From IMG/VR virus record IMGVR_UViG_3300027503_000009: a DNA stretch of 64,000 bases, one strand, 5' to 3'. The position numbers were made by a program, and so were the translations under genes. The notes beneath the pieces were generated by a model, which was not told the DNA's origin, did not search any database, and worked only from the letters and a program-made list of their open reading frames with translations. The DNA is from a virus. Shown piece by piece: positions 1-8,184 of this stretch (the first letter of the stretch is position 1; the number at the start of each line of letters is the position of its first letter).

Positions 1-373
1 ACTTAGAATAAGCTTCCTTCATGTCTTCTTCTTTTTCGTCTTCTTTTTCTTTCTTATCCATCATCTTCTTGATAAGCTTCTTATCTTCTTCTTCATCTTC
101 ATGCTTTTCTTCTTTAACAACTGCTGCAACAGCACCCTTCATTTCGATTGATTTTGCTGCTGAAGTGTTATTGTCACCTTCTTTTGAAGACTTAGTAGAA
201 CCAGTTTCTGCTGATGCATCTGATGGCTTTGTTGTTGGAACAGGCATCTGTGTCATACCTTTTGAATAATCTGGTAATGCATCGGTTGGACTTACAACTG
301 CTGGACCCAAATCGTGCTTTTCTTCAGTGATTGGATTTAACATATTTAAAATTTGTTGTTCAAGTGATGGCAT
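1..373 (-). CDS. gp22: prohead core scaffold protein, N-terminal part (runs off window edge)
   Basis: ATG at 373 (minus) with AGGAG SD; translated by hand MPSLEQQILNMLNPITEEKHDLGPAVVSPTD..., acidic/Lys-rich; directly downstream of gp21 as in T4 order. Confidence 0.75.
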   Translation of the reverse strand, partial: MPSLEQQILNMLNPITEEKHDLGPAVVSPTDALPDYSKGMTQMPVPTTKPSDASAETGSTKSSKEGDNNTSAAKSIEMKGAVAAVVKEEKHEDEEEDKKLIKKMMDKKEKEDEKEEDMKEAYSK

Positions 374-392
374 TTAAAACTCCTTTTTTAAT

Positions 393-400
393 TATTTATC
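393..400 (-). promoter_or_regulatory. T4-type late promoter variant (GATAAATA)
   Basis: One mismatch to TATAAATA, intergenic upstream of gp22. Confidence 0.55.
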
Positions 401-404
401 TGAA

Positions 405-1070
405 TTAAATTTTTGTTAATTTTTCCATGAACTTATTGAAAGCTTCTAGTCTTAATTGTTCAGATAATTCTGACTTTTTGACTGAATATGAATCTTCTAC
501 GATATCTTTAATTTCTGTTAATTCTGATTCCTTAAAGATACCATTATCATAGATCCATTCTTTACCTTCCATGATTCCACGAACAAATGCAGAAGTACAG
601 CTAGGATCTGCAACAATATCACCAGCAGTTGCTAAGTGATAATCGTCCTGAACAATAGCTGATTCTCTCATTTGTTTAATAGAACCAATACCTCTAGTAG
701 ACATTCCTAATTGTGCGCCTTCATCAATAAAGTTCTTGACAATTTTACCAAAAGGAGTATCTAAAATTTTAGCCTTACCAATAAATTGGTTGCCTTCTTG
801 TCTTAGAGACTTAATGATATGTGATACTCTATCTAAATTAATTTGAGGATTTTCTGGGTGACCTAATTCACCAAATGCACGATTTTTAGCAATACTTTCT
901 TCGCTATAACGTGCAACTTCTCTTTCTAGAATATGACGTGGATAAATTCTTTTATTTCTATTTTCTGTTTCAGCTTCTAGAAACACACCTTCAACATAAT
1001 AATCTTTCTTGCCGTTAGATTCTTCTGTTAAGAATGATATGCTATTAATTTCTTCTACAATTAACTTCAT
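405..1070 (-). CDS. gp21: prohead core protease
   Basis: Motifs GELGHP, NLDRVSH, GMSTRGIGS, DIVADPS typical of T4 gp21. Confidence 0.96.
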   Translation of the reverse strand: MKLIVEEINSISFLTEESNGKKDYYVEGVFLEAETENRNKRIYPRHILEREVARYSEESIAKNRAFGELGHPENPQINLDRVSHIIKSLRQEGNQFIGKAKILDTPFGKIVKNFIDEGAQLGMSTRGIGSIKQMRESAIVQDDYHLATAGDIVADPSCTSAFVRGIMEGKEWIYDNGIFKESELTEIKDIVEDSYSVKKSELSEQLRLEAFNKFMEKLTKI

Positions 1071-1071
1071 T

Positions 1072-1227
1072 TTATTCCTTCTCTGGTTGTGCGAATAATG
1101 AAGAAGCTATTTCAGCTTTCTTTGTATCTAATGCTGCACTTAATTTGGTTTGTAAAGTGTTATATACCAAATCACGAAACATTGTAGCTTTTCCTGCTAG
1201 AGCTAATTGTGTAAAATTATTTTCCAT
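1072..1227 (-). CDS. small prohead core protein (gp67-like), 51 aa, below ORF-track cutoff
   Basis: Hand-translated MENNFTQLALAGKATMFRDLVYNTLQTKLSAALDTKKAEIASSLFAQPEKE; lies between gp20 and gp21 behind a perfect late promoter. Confidence 0.7.
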   Translation of the reverse strand: MENNFTQLALAGKATMFRDLVYNTLQTKLSAALDTKKAEIASSLFAQPEKE

Positions 1228-1242
1228 AAAATAACCTTTAAT

Positions 1243-1250
1243 TATTTATA
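1243..1250 (-). promoter_or_regulatory. T4-type late promoter TATAAATA
   Basis: Exact TATAAATA on minus strand between gp20 stop and the next start. Confidence 0.8.
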
Positions 1251-1252
1251 AT

Positions 1253-2893
1253 TTAGTAACTTTTAATTCCTGAAGCACCACCAGGACCACTGGTTCTTAC
1301 TATATCAGGAATGTCTAATGTTTTATCTGGATGAGATGAATCATCTTTCTTTTGCTTTGCTGGTGCTGTTTTAGTAGCTGGTTGCCCAGATGTACCATTA
1401 ACAGCAGCTTCTTGTTCTGGTGTAACTAGTTCACCAGTTTCAATTTCTTGTTTGATTTGTTCATCCATCATTTCAATAGTTTTTTCATCTTGTTTAAAAA
1501 TATGTGTTCTAACATATCTGTTAGAGAAATATTTTCCAACAAATGGTTCTAAGTCTTGTGCAATCTGAATTCTTTCTCTTAATACTTCAATATTTTTATT
1601 TTCAGTAAAATAAGAATCTTTTGCAAATTCATATCTAATATTCTGACGAATCTTAGGCCAATCAGACTTAGAAATATAACCCTTTAATACTAACTGGGTA
1701 TATAACAAATCATCAAATAACATTGTGAATCGTGAACGTAGATTCTCAATAAATTTGAAAAATTTCAATTCATCTCTTGAAATTTCTGATGCACGTCCAA
1801 GGTTAAATCCTTCACCTTGCTGCATTCTTGAAATAGGTACATTTAGTGACTTAAAAAGTTTTTCTTGGAAATACTTTACGTCTTCAATATCAGAAAGATT
1901 TTTTCCACCTTCTAATGTTGAAATTTCAGTTCCTCTTGCACCTTCTCTGCGTGGTAACCAATAATCTTCAAGCATTGAATAATGCTTTTTATCATCACGC
2001 ATTTCGCCTGTTGCTGGATCGTAAATCAACTTATTTCTAAATTGACCCATGATATCTTTCATGTATTGTTCAGCTTTTAGTTTTGGTAATGTACCAACAT
2101 CAATGTAGAAAATTCTACGTTCCGGTGCACGAACTAGTCTGTAAATAACCAGAGCGTCTTCCATCATTCTTAGTTGATTTAATGGTTTAATAGCCTTATG
2201 TAAATGACTTAGCACCATATTTCTTGTATTATCTACAAGACCAGAATGTACATAACAGATACTATCTGTAGTAATTCTCATTCCATGATTACTTTGTGGT
2301 GCATTTGAAACAATACCTTGATCATTATAGACGTAATATTCATCTTTAACATCTACTAATGGAACACCATATTGAGAAATTTTCTTTTCAATTTCTCTAA
2401 CTTTTCTAATATTTCTTGGGTCGATGTATCTTAGTTCTTTTAAACCTTCTTCTGGTTTTGATACATCAATAATCTTGTGAAAATATAGTCTTCCATCTAC
2501 ATACCAACGACGAAAAATTTCTACAGAATTTTGAGTAAAATCAAGCATATTTAAAATGCTTTGGAATTCTGTTTGTATAATCTTCTTAGTTTTATTGTCG
2601 TATGGTAGATTGTCTGTTAAAACTTTAATTGGTGAATTATTATCTTCTACAACAATAGATTCATTAACAATATCATTAATTGCTTGTTCTGTTTCGGGAT
2701 GGAACGACATTTCACGATAACGATTGATAAGATCATTTTCGTTCTTGGCATTTCCATCTAAATCAATGTAACTACCAGTAATACCACCAGCAGAAACAGT
2801 CATAGCTCCATCTGTGTTCGTTGGAATGGCGAACGATGGAGTCTCTTCTTTTTTCTTACGTCCTATTTGGAAACCGAATAATTCAATTGGCAT
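1253..2893 (-). CDS. gp20: portal vertex protein
   Basis: Motifs FRRWYVDGR, RAPERRIFYIDVG, EDYWLPRREG, RDELKF. Confidence 0.97.
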   Translation of the reverse strand: MPIELFGFQIGRKKKEETPSFAIPTNTDGAMTVSAGGITGSYIDLDGNAKNENDLINRYREMSFHPETEQAINDIVNESIVVEDNNSPIKVLTDNLPYDNKTKKIIQTEFQSILNMLDFTQNSVEIFRRWYVDGRLYFHKIIDVSKPEEGLKELRYIDPRNIRKVREIEKKISQYGVPLVDVKDEYYVYNDQGIVSNAPQSNHGMRITTDSICYVHSGLVDNTRNMVLSHLHKAIKPLNQLRMMEDALVIYRLVRAPERRIFYIDVGTLPKLKAEQYMKDIMGQFRNKLIYDPATGEMRDDKKHYSMLEDYWLPRREGARGTEISTLEGGKNLSDIEDVKYFQEKLFKSLNVPISRMQQGEGFNLGRASEISRDELKFFKFIENLRSRFTMLFDDLLYTQLVLKGYISKSDWPKIRQNIRYEFAKDSYFTENKNIEVLRERIQIAQDLEPFVGKYFSNRYVRTHIFKQDEKTIEMMDEQIKQEIETGELVTPEQEAAVNGTSGQPATKTAPAKQKKDDSSHPDKTLDIPDIVRTSGPGGASGIKSY

Positions 2894-2904
2894 AGTAATA
2901 TATA

Positions 2905-2927
2905 GGGGAGGCTAAAATAGCCTCCCC
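2905..2927 (-). terminator. GC-rich hairpin between gp19 and gp20 (terminator/attenuator, weak U tract)
   Basis: GGGGAGGCTA-aaa-TAGCCTCCCC perfect 10 bp stem. Confidence 0.6.
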
Positions 2928-2938
2928 AATTAGTTTAA

Positions 2939-3508
2939 TTAAAGAGCAAGTGAACCAGTTGTTCCATCAGTTGATGGAACTGATTCCCACCATTGATATT
3001 GGAATTCACATGTATAAGTTTCAATTGAGTTGTTATTTTCCCAACTTAGATCAATTGCACTTACGTTTGTTGGAAATGCTCCTATGAAATTTACAACTTT
3101 TAATACATCTCCAGCTTTGCCATATTGCTTAACTAGTAAATTTACACCATAACCATTGTTAGCAATTGTTTGTGGAATGCGAGTATTTCCGGCGTGGCTG
3201 TTCAATGCATTCATCCAATTTTCAAGAGAATTTCTAATAGCAAAATCTTCATCATTTAGAATTGTTACTGTCCATGAGTCAAAAGTTCTGTCTCCAGGAA
3301 CCTTAACTTTTCTTCCGAAATAACTTAGTTCAATATTACCAAGTGTGCTTGCTGGAAGATTTGCTGCCTGACACATGAAAGTTGCTTTTCTACCTGCATT
3401 TGCTCCATTCGCAACAAATGTTGGAAAATTTAACGTTACTTCAAATAGGGTAGGACGTGCGCCCTGTCCAACCATTTGAGAGCGGAAATCAGTTAGATTG
3501 AAAGGCAT
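2939..3508 (-). CDS. gp19: tail tube protein
   Basis: GARPTLFEV, GRKVKVPGDRTFDSWTVT, FPTNVSAIDLSW motifs of T4 gp19. Confidence 0.96.
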   Translation of the reverse strand: MPFNLTDFRSQMVGQGARPTLFEVTLNFPTFVANGANAGRKATFMCQAANLPASTLGNIELSYFGRKVKVPGDRTFDSWTVTILNDEDFAIRNSLENWMNALNSHAGNTRIPQTIANNGYGVNLLVKQYGKAGDVLKVVNFIGAFPTNVSAIDLSWENNNSIETYTCEFQYQWWESVPSTDGTTGSLAL

Positions 3509-3530
3509 TTAATATATTTCTCCTATTTCC

Positions 3531-3538
3531 TATTTATA
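3531..3538 (-). promoter_or_regulatory. T4-type late promoter TATAAATA
   Basis: Exact match upstream of gp19, followed by AGGAGA SD. Confidence 0.8.
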
Positions 3539-5467
3539 TTAGAACTTACCAACAATTTCTTCAAATGCAACACCAGTGCGAACTGCAACGAAGTTTAGTT
3601 GGATAAAGTTGATTGAACGAGCAGGTTTGATATAGATATCACCAACAAATTCATTTCTGTCAATGACTTCTGGAGTATTATTTGTTGTGTCGCAAACAAC
3701 TCTGAAATCATAGATTCCTCTACGTCCTTGAATATCTCTTAGATATGGTTCAACTAAGTTAACGAATGATGCTCTTGTGAAATCATCGTTAAGTTCGAAT
3801 AATGTATATTTAGATGCTGTTGCAATTGCCTTTTCAAGAATAATGAAAAGTCTACGAACATTGATTCTATCAAAAGCTGATGGCTTCTTTAATAGAGTCT
3901 TATCACCGAAAAGAACAATACCCTGTCCTGGGAATGTTGTTACTGGATTAATACCAACAACATATAGAGAATCACGTTGTGCTTCTGTTGGATTCCATGC
4001 AGACTTAATAGCATTCTTGACAATACCACGATTAAATCCTGCTGGTGAGAACCAAGCATCTCTTTCTAGATCTGTTCTTACACATAGTCCAGCAATATCA
4101 GCATTAAATGGAATCCAACGGAAAGTATCGTTGTACTTATCATACTGATATTTCCAACCAGAATCCATAATTGCATAAGATGAAGATTGTAGAACATTTC
4201 TATATGCAACAACATTTGTTGTTGGATCTGATGCACTAACAACATCAACATAACGTGGAGAAACTACTGCAATTACATCTTTTCTTGATTCACAAATGTT
4301 GTTAATTACATAATTTGCTACTGCATATTCTGTTGCTGCAATAGAACCAACTGATGCTCCAACTACAGGAGGACAAATTGCAAATGAAATATCAACTTCA
4401 TCAGCATTTGCAAATAAATCCCAACCTGTCTGTAAATCACCATTTGTTGCAGTACCATCTAGACCACCAGCTAAACTGGTTGTAATACTTAAACCAGAGA
4501 AGTTAGTTACTGTGTTAAAATCAGATGTTGCTACTGAACCCCAAGCTGGTGAAGCTGAAACTGGATGATCCATCCAATAAACATAATTTGAACTTCTAGA
4601 AATTGCTGTTGCATAATAAATTGAATTATTTGCACTGTCTTTTGCATCTGATGCGATTGATAAGAATGCAAATTTTTCTAGAACAGTACCTTTTGTTCCT
4701 GTCCAAACACCATCTTCGTCAACTACAACAACGTGGATTTCGTCATTTGAACCATCTCTTGCTGCAACATAATCAGATGTTCCAGGTGCCTGAGAAAATT
4801 CATCTGAATATTCCCAACGTGCTGAAGAAATTGAAGCATCATCAATTGCAGTTGATGAGAATGCTGCATTAACAGTTAATGATGTGTTGCTTGCAATTGC
4901 TGTAATTTTTCTTTCAATTCCACTAACTGTGATATATGAACCAACAGTTAATTCTGTTGTGAATGATGTTCCAGTACCTGTAACAGTTGTAGATGATGCT
5001 AAAACGTCTACTGTTCCTGTAATGCTTGTATCTGAAAATAAACTTCCAGCAGGACAAATAGAAACTTTTAAGCTATTACCTAAAATTCCTGGATATTTTG
5101 CTGCCCATGAACCAACAGAACCTTGTCCTGTTGAATATCCTGCTTCATATGCAGCAAGATTTTTAATTAATAAACCAGCACCATCAGATGTTGCATTTCT
5201 AGCTGCTGAACCAACAATTCTAGCAACTTTTAGATTATTGCTGTATGATAAGAAATTTGCGCCTTGAAAGAAGGTAGTTGCGTTTGTAGAATTTGGTTTG
5301 CCAAATTTGTTAACAAGAGTTTTTTCTGTATCAACTAGTGTAACAACTTCTACTGGACCCCATTGAAATTCTCCAACTAACGCACCACCAGTTGTTCCAA
5401 CTGCTGGAATAATTGTAGTTAGATCAATTTCACTTACGCTAACTCCAGGGGAAATGCGAAAAGCCAT
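3539..5467 (-). CDS. gp18: tail sheath protein
   Basis: SPGVSVSEIDLT N-terminus, WFSPAGFNRG, FDRINVRRLF, KPARSINFIQLNFVA. Confidence 0.97.
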   Translation of the reverse strand: MAFRISPGVSVSEIDLTTIIPAVGTTGGALVGEFQWGPVEVVTLVDTEKTLVNKFGKPNSTNATTFFQGANFLSYSNNLKVARIVGSAARNATSDGAGLLIKNLAAYEAGYSTGQGSVGSWAAKYPGILGNSLKVSICPAGSLFSDTSITGTVDVLASSTTVTGTGTSFTTELTVGSYITVSGIERKITAIASNTSLTVNAAFSSTAIDDASISSARWEYSDEFSQAPGTSDYVAARDGSNDEIHVVVVDEDGVWTGTKGTVLEKFAFLSIASDAKDSANNSIYYATAISRSSNYVYWMDHPVSASPAWGSVATSDFNTVTNFSGLSITTSLAGGLDGTATNGDLQTGWDLFANADEVDISFAICPPVVGASVGSIAATEYAVANYVINNICESRKDVIAVVSPRYVDVVSASDPTTNVVAYRNVLQSSSYAIMDSGWKYQYDKYNDTFRWIPFNADIAGLCVRTDLERDAWFSPAGFNRGIVKNAIKSAWNPTEAQRDSLYVVGINPVTTFPGQGIVLFGDKTLLKKPSAFDRINVRRLFIILEKAIATASKYTLFELNDDFTRASFVNLVEPYLRDIQGRRGIYDFRVVCDTTNNTPEVIDRNEFVGDIYIKPARSINFIQLNFVAVRTGVAFEEIVGKF

Positions 5468-5511
5468 ATTTTTTCTCCTTAAAATTTTAGTCTATTTAGA
5501 CTTTCAATTTT

Positions 5512-5519
5512 TATTTATA
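5512..5519 (-). promoter_or_regulatory. T4-type late promoter TATAAATA
   Basis: Exact match upstream of gp18. Confidence 0.8.
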
Positions 5520-5531
5520 ATTTTGAAGTTT

Positions 5532-7157
5532 TCAGAAATAGTTTCTTTCAGCAACAAGTTCCCAAAAATCATTATTTGAATCACCTTCTATGAAGTGAGA
5601 ATCAAAATCATTTGCCCCAAAAAAACCTGTTGGGAGTAAATCCCTATCCATAACTTCTTCTGTTTCTTTAATTAATTCCAATCGAATACTATTGTCAGTA
5701 TATTCGGAGAAATTTTTCTGTGCAGATAACCAACCAAATAAAACCAAACACATAGCCAAATCATCATTGTAACCTTCTTCCGCACCATACTTCCCATCTG
5801 GATGTAGAACGAAAGTGGAAAGCTCACTAATTAAATCAAAATCATTTAAAACAATTTTTCCACCTTCAACTAATGTTTTCATATTAGAACAACCTAATCT
5901 TTTTGTTGTTCTAGTTGTTCTAATACCTCTTCTAAATTTATCAGAAGAAAATCCTGTGGTTAAAATTTGATCGTTGGTATTATTTACAGATAAAATATTT
6001 TCATAATTTAAATCATGAAATAAAATGTCAACAATTTGTCCACCAACGTCATTAATTTCAACTAATACCTGTGCTTCATTATATTTTTTTGCTGCTGTAT
6101 TAATAATGGCTGGATATGCCATTGGTACAATATCATTTCTTTTAAATGTAGCAACAACTCTGTATGGAATTTGAGACACATTTAAAATAATGAATGCTGA
6201 ATAATTTTTACCAACACCTCTAGCAACATCAACCATCATGAAATATTTTTGATTTTTTTGTGGTTCTTCAAATATTTTAAAGCCATCTTTTGTATGTAAA
6301 GCGTCAGTAAATCTTAATGACCTTAATGTTTCTGCTTTAATTAGTGTATCTGCTGAACCAAGAAACTCATTTCCATATTCTTGTCTGAATCCAGATTCGG
6401 TTAAAGTGGAAATCATTTGTTCTTTCCACTTTTCATCTCTACCTGGAACATCTGACCAATGAACTTCTATTGGGAAGAATTCATTTCTTTTTTCTGTTGC
6501 GTCTTTGTAAATTCTATAAAATAAATTAAGTCCTCTTGGTGTAGAAGAAATAATAACTTTTGAAGATGTACCAGAAGAAACTACAGGGAAAGTAGATGTG
6601 AAAAATTCATCAGCACCTTCAACGAATGCAAATTCATCAAGATATAGAAGATTACACATGAATCCACGAATTGATGAAGATGAAGTAGAAGAAGCAATAA
6701 TTCTAGAATTGTTTCCTAATTCAATTGAACCTTTATTAAATGTAGTAGCTCCAGGTTGTAAGAAAAATGGAATTGTTTTATATGCTGTAACAATTTTAGA
6801 AAGAATTTCTCTTGCAACAGCACCTTTGTTTGCTAGAATTGCTACTGTTTTATCAGCATTAAAGAATACATACCATAAAATATATGATGAAATAGTGATA
6901 GTTTTGCCAGATTGTCTACCTGACAAAATTACACTATGCCTATTGTTATGAACAGATTCTACAATATTTTTTTGATAAGTTCTTAAATTTAATGGAACAA
7001 GACCTTTATCAATTGTATTAACTTGAATATATTTCTCAATAAAATAAATTGGATCTTGAGAACAACGAATATATTCTTGAACCTGTTCTTGACTGTAATT
7101 TTCAACAATACCAGCAGCTTTAACTGCTGGATCTTTATAATATGGTGTATTATTCAT
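5532..7157 (-). CDS. gp17: terminase large subunit
   Basis: Walker A GRQSGKT, Walker B LYLDEFAF, STPRG, nuclease DVARGVG and NDDLAM motifs. Confidence 0.96.
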   Translation of the reverse strand: MNNTPYYKDPAVKAAGIVENYSQEQVQEYIRCSQDPIYFIEKYIQVNTIDKGLVPLNLRTYQKNIVESVHNNRHSVILSGRQSGKTITISSYILWYVFFNADKTVAILANKGAVAREILSKIVTAYKTIPFFLQPGATTFNKGSIELGNNSRIIASSTSSSSIRGFMCNLLYLDEFAFVEGADEFFTSTFPVVSSGTSSKVIISSTPRGLNLFYRIYKDATEKRNEFFPIEVHWSDVPGRDEKWKEQMISTLTESGFRQEYGNEFLGSADTLIKAETLRSLRFTDALHTKDGFKIFEEPQKNQKYFMMVDVARGVGKNYSAFIILNVSQIPYRVVATFKRNDIVPMAYPAIINTAAKKYNEAQVLVEINDVGGQIVDILFHDLNYENILSVNNTNDQILTTGFSSDKFRRGIRTTRTTKRLGCSNMKTLVEGGKIVLNDFDLISELSTFVLHPDGKYGAEEGYNDDLAMCLVLFGWLSAQKNFSEYTDNSIRLELIKETEEVMDRDLLPTGFFGANDFDSHFIEGDSNNDFWELVAERNYF

Positions 7158-7163
7158 TCAAAA

Positions 7164-7814
7164 TTAAATATAACGTCTAAAGACTAATGTAAATTCCTGA
7201 GCTGTTGATTGATTTAATGCTGTGCCGCCAGAATTAACTGAAACTAATTTTAAGAATCTAACACCAGATAATGCACCAAATGGTAAATTAACATAAGATG
7301 AAGCAGTTACTGGATAAGATAATTTTGCATTAGCTTCATTATATACTGTATAATAATTATCTGCTTGTGCAGTGGAAGTTACAGTAATTGTTACTGCTGT
7401 ATTATAATCACCAGTTGCGGTGTTTGATACAGAAATAGTTCCTGAAACCATTTCAACTAACATTCTACCAGTTCCATTTGATGTTGTTGCATTTAAAACA
7501 TTTGCTACAGCACCACTAGAAAATGTAATTTGTGATTGTTTTAATCCATATTGTGATGCAAAAATAATATCATTTGGATTTGATTGTGATGCAGTATATG
7601 TAAATTCAACAAGATAAGTTGAAATATTTGCATCCACACCACCTTGAAAACCAATACCATAGTTAGTTCCATTTGTATTTGTTGACCATGTTGAAGGTAC
7701 AATAATACCAACTAAACTACCTAAAGCATCTGGTTCTACAGCACCAGAAACAGAACTTCCTGATGCAATTGTTACTTTTCTGGTTACTAGACCATCATAA
7801 ACGTTTCTTGACAT
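7164..7814 (-). CDS. hypothetical S/T-rich beta-strand protein, probable virion component
   Basis: 216 aa ORF with AGGAG SD and AATAAATA late-promoter variant at 7835-7842; no resemblance to the helical gp16. Confidence 0.55.
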   Translation of the reverse strand: MSRNVYDGLVTRKVTIASGSSVSGAVEPDALGSLVGIIVPSTWSTNTNGTNYGIGFQGGVDANISTYLVEFTYTASQSNPNDIIFASQYGLKQSQITFSSGAVANVLNATTSNGTGRMLVEMVSGTISVSNTATGDYNTAVTITVTSTAQADNYYTVYNEANAKLSYPVTASSYVNLPFGALSGVRFLKLVSVNSGGTALNQSTAQEFTLVFRRYI

Positions 7815-7840
7815 TAAAATCTCCTAATATATTATATTTA

Positions 7841-8170
7841 TTAAATATTCCAAGGTGCAGGTTTATATACTAATGGTGGATTTTTTAAATTTTCTATTTG
7901 TGCAGCTAGAGAAGCATCATAATTATCTACAACTTCTTGTGTAAGTGAAGAAACTGTCCAAGAAATTAAATCTTGCTTTGTTAGATTGTTATATTCTTTA
8001 AAATCATTTGGATCTGGATCTGACAGATTGATTGAACCGTAGGAATCTACAAAATATTCACCATCTAATGCACCTCTTCTCCATTCATAAGAAACAACTA
8101 CATCTGTCATACTATCTTGAATTGGTTTAACTTTAATTCCATTAAATTGCCATGTATATTCTACTGCCAT
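7841..8170 (-). CDS. small fibre-associated protein (DUF7936-like)
   Basis: YTW...VV...W...Y..LT....ISW...QIE..KNPP...APW pattern commonly found next to phage fibre genes. Confidence 0.55.
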   Translation of the reverse strand: MAVEYTWQFNGIKVKPIQDSMTDVVVSYEWRRGALDGEYFVDSYGSINLSDPDPNDFKEYNNLTKQDLISWTVSSLTQEVVDNYDASLAAQIENLKNPPLVYKPAPWNI

Positions 8171-8184
8171 ATTTATCCTTTAAT

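Noticed and set aside
21-269. Plus-strand Ser-rich 82 aa ORF
   Set aside because: Antisense to the gp22 N-terminus
3777-5267. Plus-strand ORFs within gp18 (and similar short antisense or off-frame ORFs throughout)
   Set aside because: Fully overlap well-supported genes; expected shadows of codon bias
5532-7157. Introns or inteins in gp17, gp20, gp44 and other usual targets
   Set aside because: All are of normal length with contiguous motifs; no splice-junction or homing-endonuclease insert seen
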